From: Trichoplax sp. H2
Lineage: Eukaryota
Reading direction: 5' to 3'
DNA: 64,000 nucleotides
Assembly (NCBI GenBank): GCA_003344405.1
Contig: NOWV01000208.1
Span: 62,001-126,000 of the forward strand
Part shown: positions 40,098 to 50,270 of the stretch, one piece after another
Layout: the number at the start of each line of letters is the position of its first letter
Numbering within the stretch: position 1 is the stretch's first letter
Notes under the pieces: model-generated
The model's input: the letters and a program-made list of their open reading frames with translations, nothing else
Told to the model about the DNA's origin: nothing
The model's database searches: none
Position numbers and translations under genes: made by a program

Positions 40098-41138
40098 TTA
40101 CTCTTTCGATGAATTAGCTGGAGCGATACTACTACTTGGAGTATGACCGTATCTACAGCAATCAATTAATGCACCTCTTATAGATCGATTATAATGCAAA
40201 TAGATCAATGGATGAAGTATGCAAGGCAAAGTGTATGTAATTATCATAAATTTTGATATGATCGATGCTCTAAGCCTGTTTTCATACAAATATTTTGCCG
40301 TGCTTTGCCGTTGAATCGATACACTAATATAAGCAAGGAAGATTGGATAACAAGAAATTGTGAAGGACGCAGTTACTAAAACTAACATCTTAATTGTGTT
40401 ACGCTGATGTTGACGATTATTTTTGAATCCTTGACTAAGAGTATGTCTTCTGTCATTATTCGATACATTTTTATATAAATATCGAATTATTTTACCGTAC
40501 ATAATAATGATAATAATAGAAGGAACCACAAGAAGGACTATAAACACCGTGATGAAATAAGGTATGTTGAATGATGGACTAATAAATCCTATACTGCAAG
40601 AATACGGATAGTTAATATCGATACCATAGACTATGATACTAGGCATTGCTATAATAAATCCAGCAAGCCAGCTATATCCTATCATCAGTCGTAACTTTGA
40701 TGCTGTATTGAAAAAAGAAGGATGGTGAATCGCTGCCGAAGATAAAATGTAATAGCGCTCAATACTGATGGCTGCTAATGTACATGTTGATGCATGATAG
40801 CTTATGCTATTGAAGTAACCTAAAATTTTGCAAAAGGCAACAAGTAAGGGTGTTGATGCAACATGATCTGTTAGATAGTAATTAATTCCCTCGATGCAAG
40901 AGAGCACAGCTAAAATTAAGCAATCGGAAATAGCCATATTGATCATTAAGTAATAAGTAACAGCGCGTAGTTCCTTCTTCTTGATAATAGCATAGCAAAT
41001 AATACAGTTAGCAGCGATCCCTAAAATACTTAGTGTGATCATCGTTGGTAATACAATCTTCATAGATTGCTGTTTCTCCCAAGCAAATTCACGTAGCGCC
41101 GATATGTTAGGTGTCTGATTCGATTGAACGATCATCAT
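40098..41138 (-). CDS. Intronless class A GPCR, 346 aa
   Basis: 7TM; INMAISD; CK; SIERY; CYP; HPLIY. Confidence 0.94.
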   Translation of the reverse strand: MMIVQSNQTPNISALREFAWEKQQSMKIVLPTMITLSILGIAANCIICYAIIKKKELRAVTYYLMINMAISDCLILAVLSCIEGINYYLTDHVASTPLLVAFCKILGYFNSISYHASTCTLAAISIERYYILSSAAIHHPSFFNTASKLRLMIGYSWLAGFIIAMPSIIVYGIDINYPYSCSIGFISPSFNIPYFITVFIVLLVVPSIIIIIMYGKIIRYLYKNVSNNDRRHTLSQGFKNNRQHQRNTIKMLVLVTASFTISCYPIFLAYISVSIQRQSTAKYLYENRLRASIISKFMIITYTLPCILHPLIYLHYNRSIRGALIDCCRYGHTPSSSIAPANSSKE

Positions 41139-43381
41139 GGAAGATTTGTGATCAAAACTGTGTATAGTTCATCATTTATACCATTAAAAATTCTTTTTAT
41201 AATGATCCCTACAATTCTAATGTAATATTTACTCAATCGATAGAAATCTTGCTGTAGTTCTACAGTAGCATCATAAGCTACTATCTCTAAGTACAACATA
41301 GTATGTAGGAGAGGTTTTCTAATATTACTAAAGCGTAAAATACAATAGTATAATTATTATTATTGAGAAAAATATCATGCCTTTGTAGTCTAAAACAATA
41401 ATTACGCCTGTTAATTAACGGTAATACTTTTGCTAATCATAGCGAATGGCCTATGATTTTGAACTACACAAAATATCTCGTAGTATCTCTTATATTGGTA
41501 ACAGATCGATATTTTGACCTAATTCGTAGACTACTAGATACTATATCCTCTAGCTGCCTGTATTTAATCTTACTAAGTAAGATCGTGGTATCAAATGTTT
41601 CAAACTAATTTTGTGAAAAATATGAGTAGTATTGTCACTAATTGGCCTCAAACTTTTCAAAATTAGATACTGTTTTTATGTTGGAACTGGATCACGCCCG
41701 GATATATTACACATCAGCTTTCATCATTGTTAATTAGGGTATGATTGTTTTCTGAAACTAAAATGCAGATATCCAGTTTATCAAGTTTTCGTCTTTAAAG
41801 TCTAAAGAAATACCGGTAATGTATTCGGATCATTCCTGACTTAACAAAAACAAGAAAAGTTCTGAATTTTTCTGTGAACGCACTTAATAATGAATTATAT
41901 CATTAACATTGGTATTTACAATTTTCTTTAATTATTTAACAATTGAAGCACTTTTTGGCTATATTTTATTTCCATCATTCCTTTCAATATCACCTTGGTT
42001 AATGTTCTAAAAGGTAGTTTTATATTCTGAAAGATAATAAGTTATTAATATAGTTGGCAATACTGTCCAAAATTCGTTAATTAAAATTTTTCAAGCTTAT
42101 CACATGGCTAAGTGGGTTAGACGAGACTAATTCAATATATGCAACAACTTATATGCGATACTGCAATGATCTCAGCTAATTACAGTAGTTTTGCTTTAGG
42201 TTATACCGCCATAGCATACGTATAGAACTGTATATTTTGATGGAATAAGTGTTGACTTGAGAACTATTTACTACAGATGCCTTTTTTATGTAGCAATTTA
42301 GTATGGTAAACCAAATACAGTAATACTGATAGTAATATTTTGTTGCTTAGAATACCTTATTGTATTAAATGCACTACAATAACGTAGTTAATTGTCTGTT
42401 CTACGTTCAGTACTAATCGATAAATTATTGACTACAACACCATTCATAAAATGATTTGATAATTTTATTAAAGTTGCCACTAACATAGTTAATAAGCATT
42501 TTGAAAATTTCTGTATTTGGAACAGAAATTGGAAGTGATCAGGACAAGTGACTAGGACAATTCATCATTTAGTTAGTCCTAACGTCCTAACCTGTTAGAA
42601 GATACTGCAAACTTTATGCGATAAAAATGAGCCATCGTATTCTCTTGTATTACTTATTAAAAATCTTGAGAAACATTTTATAATGGATACACTATACAAT
42701 TAAGATGATTCTTACTTCAATTGTTGTCGGACCTATAGACATTTCATAAATATCTACAGGGTTTACATCTCTTCCTGATCATAAAAGATTGAAATAAACT
42801 ATTAAGATAGCGTATCAACTGTCGTCCAGTATGGATATCAATGTCCATGATTTATTCCAATAGTAGATAAATTAATTGTCAGGTCTCGCTTATATAAATA
42901 GCCAAATTTTAAATTCTAATATCACAAAATGCTGATTCTTGCAATAAAATTTATGAAAAAGGGTATTCGTAAAATATCTTTATTTGATGGCAACGCCGAA
43001 ATTTTATAGCTTTTAGGAATACTATTAAAAATCTAAAGTACCTGTAATTTCAGATAAATAGTTACGCAGATTACGATAAATACAACTCTTGTAGTCTACT
43101 ACTTCTAATGATATTAAAAATTAAAATATCGACGCTTTTGCTGAGTAAAAGTAATTATGCAGATCACGATGAATACGGTGCTAGTACTCTATTATTTCTA
43201 ATAAAATTAGAAACGAGTAACACTTCGGAATAATGTAGTAGTTATGGGAAAGATTACAGCCTACAATAGCTACCAATTAAGCCAAAAACGAAAATTTTTC
43301 TAATGTTAATGATAGATCTATAAACCTTATACTGTATGGTATTTACGAGCATATTTGTGAATATTACGAGAAATATGATAG

Positions 43382-44473
43382 CTAAGGTGGCAAAAATTGA
43401 TTTGATGTATTAGCTGGACTAATTTGAATAGTAAAATTGTTGTAACGTCGATAACATCGAATAGGCAACGCAGCCCGGATAGTTTGGTTATAATAGAGAT
43501 AAATGAATGGATTAAGAACGCAGGGTACTGTGTGTGAAATAAAAGAAAGCAGAGCTAAAGTGGCTTGAAATCCGTCAGTTTGAATAAAAATTTCCAGAGA
43601 ATTTTGATGACGAAAGGATAATGCTAAGTAAGTGATAAATACCGGTAAGCATGATACCATAAATGCGAACGTTACAATACTCAGCATTTTAATAGTGTTA
43701 AGCTGGCGTCGACGACTACTTTGAAAGGCTTCATTGTTCTGACGGTGCTTGTTGTTATGTTGAATATTTCGATATAGAAATCGTATAATTTTAGAGTACA
43801 TAACAATTATGATCGTCGAGGGTATAGCAAATATCAAAATTGACATACAAATGTAATAAGGTATATTAAATGACGGTCTTATAAATGCAAAGTTACACAT
43901 CAATGGGCGATGAGGTAATATATTGATTATAATGCCGTGCGGCCATGCAATTAATACTCCTACAATCCAGCTAAATGCAATTACTGATCCTAGTTTAAAG
44001 TTAGTGTTGAAAAATGAAATACTAGATAAATTACTAGATGATATTGAGTAATAACGTTCAATGCTAAGGACGACTAATGTGAATATGGATGAAATATATC
44101 CGATAGCATCAATAAAAAAAATTATCTTACAAACAATAACCATTAGTTGCGTATAAAATAATCGAGTAGATAGGTAATAGTTAATCGCAAGTATTATTGT
44201 CGATATGCATAAGATCAAGCAATCAGATATAGCCATATTTATCATTAAGTAAAATGTCGGTGTGCGCAGTTCTTTTTTCCGCAGGATTGCCCAACATACG
44301 AACATATTAGCAGTAACTCCGATTATAGTCCAAAAACTGATAACGACTAAGGAAGGTAATAGTCCGAATATTTCTGGTTGGGAATACTGATTCTGCATGG
44401 ATGTGTTTTGTGACTGATTATAATTAGTAACAGTTAATAATTTACTGGCATCATACGGAGAAATTGTAGACAT
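43382..44473 (-). CDS. Intronless class A GPCR, 363 aa
   Basis: 7TM; INMAISD; CK; SIERY; CLP; NPFIY. Confidence 0.94.
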   Translation of the reverse strand: MSTISPYDASKLLTVTNYNQSQNTSMQNQYSQPEIFGLLPSLVVISFWTIIGVTANMFVCWAILRKKELRTPTFYLMINMAISDCLILCISTIILAINYYLSTRLFYTQLMVIVCKIIFFIDAIGYISSIFTLVVLSIERYYSISSSNLSSISFFNTNFKLGSVIAFSWIVGVLIAWPHGIIINILPHRPLMCNFAFIRPSFNIPYYICMSILIFAIPSTIIIVMYSKIIRFLYRNIQHNNKHRQNNEAFQSSRRRQLNTIKMLSIVTFAFMVSCLPVFITYLALSFRHQNSLEIFIQTDGFQATLALLSFISHTVPCVLNPFIYLYYNQTIRAALPIRCYRRYNNFTIQISPANTSNQFLPP

Positions 44474-45266
44474 TATAAGGTAATCTTATCTCGTAATTGC
44501 CAATATAAGTACTTGATGGATGCCAGCTATGGAATTTGATTTATATTCTTCAACAGGATCAAAGTGCAAAGGAAAGAAGACGGTCATTCAAGCGAAATAT
44601 GATCTTGATGAAATACTGTAAATATCATAAATAGAAAATATTTGTTGTAATGGAAGCTAGCAATGATGTACTGATAGTTTATTTGTAAGAGGTGGGCTAG
44701 CTCATTATTAACTTATAACTAAATTGACATATTGTGCATAATAATAAACATGCCTATCGAATAGATTAATTATTCATATGAAGGTTGTCTCTATCTTTAT
44801 ATTCTAAAATAATTGTAGCCCATTTTAAATACTGAATCGCTACTCGATAATCTCCTATCTACGATCAATGTTATGCTGAGAAACTTTAGCATTTATAGTT
44901 GACAGACAATATGTTGTTGCGGAGCTTGCTCCTCATAGTTTTAAAATCACTTTATGACAGTAAAGTCTTGTTGTTTTATTCGATAAGAGACTAGTACCCG
45001 GGCAGTAGTGTGATTGAGGTCAACAATATAAGTTTTTATTATTCATTTTTATCTTAAATATACTGATACCAATTTAAAGTATATCGGTAATAGCGTACAC
45101 TAATTGAAATAATTACAACCTTTAAACTAAATTTCTATCAATTGGCTTGTTTCTGTAGTATTTGAAAAATTATATTCCCTTACATAGGATGCCTGGAGTT
45201 GGCTGAAGATCAAATAGAGTAGAAAGATAAGTTTATCATAGATCAGGGAACTCGTTTTGTGATATA

Positions 45267-45801
45267 TGTCACGAAGTGGTTGGGCATCGGTGTTGGAAAT
45301 TGGTTATGGCAATTATAAGCAAAGCGAGATTTACTATGAAATTCGCAATCCCAGCGAATTTATTATTTGTTTAACCTGTAGCACGGTACTGTATTAATTA
45401 TACTCATACAGTCTGTGTGCTATATAATATTATTTTGTATAGTAAACTATACTTAGACGTATCTTTTAGCGATTTATCGCGCTGATATTCGATTTGCGAG
45501 AAAATATATCGTAAAATACGGTATATCGGTAACGTCACAGGATTGCTGCCTAATATATCAAGGGTGAAACATTGCTAGAACTAGGAATTTTCTGTTCAGT
45601 TATATAAGACTCTGTAACTAGTCAAAGAACTGACTTGTAATTGTTAATGAGAAGGAGAAGAATCGTAAAGAAAGATGATTATGTAATGAAAGTTAATTTT
45701 TAGAGTTCTCCTTTAAGCTTATCTTATTTTATTAAGTATTGTAGCCGTAAAAATAACTTAATTTAGATTAACTACAGTAAGTATAACTTAGTATCGTAAC
45801 A
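45267..45801 (+). mobile_element. Probable solo LTR, 535 bp
   Basis: TGTCACGA...TCGTAACA (7/8 inverted match); TATATAAG at 45601; imperfect 4-bp flanks TATA/TATT; a diverged inverted fragment exists at about 53110-53222. Confidence 0.6.
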
Positions 45802-46082
45802 TATTGTGAAACCGACACCTTCATTTGGGTTGGAACTTAAGAATATTCTGTAGTATAATTTTGATAAAAAACCTCGATGTTAAATTGTAATTCATGTGAT
45901 ATATTTATTTCGTATAATACCCCTATTTTAATTATGATAAAAGCTTGTAGCCAATTTTAATTACAAAGTACAGTAGAAATAATATTCTTTCGTCATTGAG
46001 TACGGTGTAATCCGAAACATTTCGATCTGGAATCTAAATTAAGATTGTTTGTTCGTCTTAGTCTTTTTTAGTTATATGTTAT

Positions 46083-46663
46083 TGTCACAAACCTCGCTTG
46101 TGGCAAAGGTTTCGTAAAGAAACTCTCGTGCAAGTATTATAACTCGGGCTATTTCCCAATAATTTTAGTTTCTATGCGAGTGATATATGAGGACTCATTT
46201 TCTCTGCTGTACTCCACATACGACTTATTAACCACTACACTTTTCTCCACGTTACGACACCTGAGCGCTTCTTAAGAAATTACTACTTTTATTACATAAC
46301 CATGTAGGCTTAAATAGATTCCTAGGGTAAACGTCGGTCTTAACTTGCGTGAATACATATTTTATAAGTTGCACTAACAGATATTTCCAATTACTAAATA
46401 GATGCGAGTAGGCAAATATTCTAGAAGTTAAGGTATTGAAACATTCTTTTACCACCCCTGATTCGATATACGCCTCGATTATAATATTACAGCCTAGCAC
46501 ACCTTTCAGTCTTTAGTAAATTAACTTGCAATAGTTCTATATCATAATTCTACTACTAAAGAATTTACCAGTACAAGCCTAGCAAAACTAATATGACTTT
46601 ATCTAGATTATTCTCTAGTATCAATAATTATAATCAATTAACCGGCAAAGCAGTACCGTAACA
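46083..46663 (-). mobile_element. Solo LTR, 581 bp, TSD GTTAT/ATTAT
   Basis: GTTAT|TGTCACAAACC...ACCGTAACA|ATTAT; homologous to the 1949 element. Confidence 0.82.
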
Positions 46664-47439
46664 ATTATATAGCGTAGATAAGTAAAATTTGTAAATTCAG
46701 TAATATTGAGAATCTAGGGTACAATTTATCTGATCATATACGTTCAATTGCTAGTTTTTTTTAATACTTTAGAATAGTAATTTGATAGTCTGATACCGCC
46801 AGCTGCTCTGCGTAGCATATAAAAGGTGGCATAGTTCAGTATGTAATGAAATGAAATGTGTAGAGATCAAGCTACGAAACTTTAACAAACTTTGATTCTA
46901 CTTTCGTTGCACTCCGGTCGACTTAACGCTAATACTTTGACACCAAATAAAATTTGGGGAAATAACCGAACAACAATTTATTTCAAAACAAAAATGGAGA
47001 GAAGTATAAACCGAACAACCTTACAAATACTTAGCTTTAAGTATTATTAAAATAAATGACAGACTTAAAAACTGTCAACGACCAAACAACCTTTCAAAAA
47101 GAAGAACGTTTTAACTTACGACAATTNNNNNNNNNNNNNNNNNNNNCCTCTGCCAATTTCCATCTTATTTTCTATTTTTCTCACTAAATCTCCTAATGTG
47201 ACTTCAAGTCACGTCATAAAATTCCAAAATTTCAAAATTCATAACAAAAAGTCTAAATCTCAAAAATCAACTCTTACGATATTTTTCATGAACAAAAATC
47301 CAAAAATTAAAATTAAACCCGACCGATTCCAAAACAGGAAAATTATATCGGACACAAACCCGACCGGTCCCAGAATCCGAAAACTATATCGGACACAAAT
47401 CCGGAAAAATTCGCTTTTTATGAAGATCACAGTAATCGC

Positions 47440-47882
47440 TTATCAAAAAAATTTATATGACTACTACGACTACTTTTCTGACATTAATATCGCTTAGTAT
47501 TCGCGAGTATTGACAGTTGATGTTTTAGCGTCAGATTGTACTGTAACTGTACGAGTATAGACTACATTACAGTACTTTTATCGTCACGTTATAAATCCCC
47601 TTTCTCTAAGGATAGGGTTTTGCTACTAAGTCAAATTTCTTTACAATTTGAATAGACGATGAAACGCCCTTTCTTTAGATTAGGCATTTGCTCTATAGGG
47701 CTACTTCTATAGTAATCTATATAATACCTTGTAAAATAATGAAGAAGAAAAGATAGCGACATGATGATTTGGCAGGGTAAAACTTAAAGACACTATCACT
47801 TTCTGGGTATTTTGTATAGTAAAATAATACTAATTACATACTAAAAACTACAAAGGACTCTACTTTTAGTCCATTTACTACA
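47440..47882. repeat. Third copy of the segment at about 36440-36822 and 37365-37710
   Basis: GTATTGACAGTTGATGTTTTAGCGTCAGATTGTACTG...AAAATAATAC is shared at high identity; lacks the LTR. Confidence 0.85.
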
Positions 47883-48348
47883 AGTAGAAAAGTAGTTAAA
47901 GCCTTAGCTGAGATAGAAAGTAAAGATTAGGATCTTCCTCTATTCGTGAGTAAATCGTATTTTGCGATGGTAGTTTGATTGGTTGAGGTAGCCTTTATTG
48001 TCATTTTTTATTGACTTATATAAATTGCTTGTTAAATTACGAAAAAGCTGGTGTTTTCCCCAAATTTTCCTTTAGTTGGAATTCAAAAGCTGTTAGATTC
48101 ACCTAAACTTCTACATCCATTATTACTATTACGTAAATTTATAAGCATTCAATATCTGCATAAATTATGTAAAAATGAGCCAGAATACCTACCTACATTA
48201 ACTCCCTAGCAAATGACTTCTTATAAAAGAAACTGCTTCAATAATAGATAATGTCATTAGGAAGGATCACTATTGTTGGGATTTACCGGTAATCAATAAT
48301 AATAACGTAGACTTTCGTTTTGAATATATATTTAATTTATTAGTAAGG

Positions 48349-48901
48349 TGTAAAGTAGCTTAGTATTATTATAATTGTATACTATTAGCCACGTTTAGTA
48401 TGATCTTCGGTAGTGTCTTTTCTGTATTTATTTTATGATATATTTGGTAGCCCAAAATTATAGACTGGATAGACTCTATGCTAGATTACGGATGAATATA
48501 TACCGTACATTAAAATCTTGAGCCACTACTAAGGCTGGAGGTAAAAACAGAATTGTAAATCATTTATTAGGATATACTTAGTTCATCGTACTTTGAGTGG
48601 TAGAAATAATGCCAACGAAAATACTGTAATCATTTCCGTATTGGATTAATGACGGTTCGCTATAAAATATTGTAAATAATAATAAACTGAGTATGTGTAA
48701 AATATGGTAGAATGCTGCTATGCTGATTGTAGTTGCGAAGGCTGCGGAGAGTATAAAAGAAGGAGACATTGAATTAATTGATTATTCTTTATAAGTCTTC
48801 TAGTACTTGTATTCAGCTGTATGTAACTAGTCTTTGTATTAGATCTAATAAAGTTCTAATTTTCTACAACTTTGAAATTTTCTTGATCGGAGTTTATCAC
48901 A
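48349..48901 (+). mobile_element. Solo-LTR family A, diverged copy, 553 bp
   Basis: TGTAAAG...TTTATCACA; GTATAAAA near 48751 and AATAAA near 48847; TSD degenerate (TAAGG/TTGGG). Confidence 0.8.
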
Positions 48902-48960
48902 TTGGGAAATAGGAGTTGCCAACGAGTAATTGAACAATAGCTAAATCAATAGCGATATGC

Positions 48961-50205
48961 TACCAAGGAGTAACAAGGTCAGATTTAATCAATAGCTCTT
49001 CTCTGACTCCTTTACCCGTGCTTAGCTTGCATAGCCTCAAATAATGTCTCTTTTATGTACTCATTATGTTCAATAATTAATTACTAACTTGAGATAATTG
49101 TACTAAATAAAAAGTAATATTTAAATCTTGATTGTAGAGATTAATGATAGTCATAGCATCTGCAGTTAACATTATAACGCAAATACAGCAATTGTACGAT
49201 CATTGTATATCTATTACTACAACAATGCTGCTTCTGACTCCTTTAATAAGGAATTTTTTAGTGTTCTAATAAAGCCTTGAATTGCGATAGTCATTCTAAT
49301 GAATGTATAAATAAACCTAGTAGTCTATTACTTCCAATGACATTAAAAATTAAAATGTCAACACTTTTACTTTTACTGGGTAAAAATAACAATTATGCAG
49401 GTCACGATAAATAGTAAGAATTATTGCAAAAGTCGCAATAGATATGATTCCAGTACTTTATTATTTCTAATAGAATTGGAAGTGAATAGCTAGGTGGAAT
49501 AATGTGGTAGTTATAAATAGGATAACAGATTACAATAGCTGCTAATTAAGGCAAAAACGGAAATTTTTCTAATAGTTATGATAGATCCATAAACTTTATA
49601 ATGTACGGTATTTACTAGCATATCCGTGAACATTACAAGAAAAAAGGCAACTAAGAGNNNNNNNNNNNNNNNNNNNNTACCAAGGAGTAACAAGGTCAGA
49701 TTTAATCAATAGCTCTTCTCTGACTCCTTTACCCGTGCTTAGCTTGCATAGCCTCAAATAATGTCTCTTTTATGTACTCATTATGTTCAATAATTAATTA
49801 CTAACTTAAGATAATTGTACTAAATAAAAAGTAATATTTAAATCTTGATTATAGATATATAAACCTAGTAGTCTATTACTTCCAATGACATTAAAAATTA
49901 AAATGTCAACACTTTTACTTTTACTGGGTAAAAATAACAATTATGCAGGTCACGATAAATAGTAAGAATTATTGCAAAAGTCGCAATAGATATGATTCCA
50001 GTACTTTATTATTTCTAATAGAATTGGAAATGAATAGCTAGGTGGAATAATGTGGTAGTTATAAATAGGATAACAGATTACAATAGCTGCTAATTAAGGC
50101 AAAAACGGAAATTTTTCTAATAGTTATGATAGATCCATAAACTTTATAATGTACGGTATTTACTAGCATATCCGTGAACATTACAAGAAAAAAGGCAACT
50201 AAGAG
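48961..50205. repeat. Gap-flanking duplicate (48961-49657 vs 49678-50205) differing by a ~170-bp indel
   Basis: Near-identical copies around the N-gap at 49658-49677; the extra segment lies at about 49140-49309. Confidence 0.9.
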
Positions 50206-50270
50206 AGCAAAAGGTAATATGATGTATTAAGTGGACTAATTCGAATAGAAGAATTTTTGCAACGTCGCTA
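50199..50270 (-). pseudogene. C-terminal relic of a deleted GPCR paralogous to 43382-44473
   Basis: Minus-strand translation RRCKNSSIRISPLNTSYYLLLS* aligns without gaps to RRYNNFTIQISPANTSNQFLPP*; both flanks are also homologous. Confidence 0.8.

Noticed and set aside
46900..47440. A/C-skewed sequence with short repeats and a 99-aa basic ORF (47198-47497) around the gap
   Set aside because: Abuts an N-gap and resembles low-quality contig ends; no protein motif.
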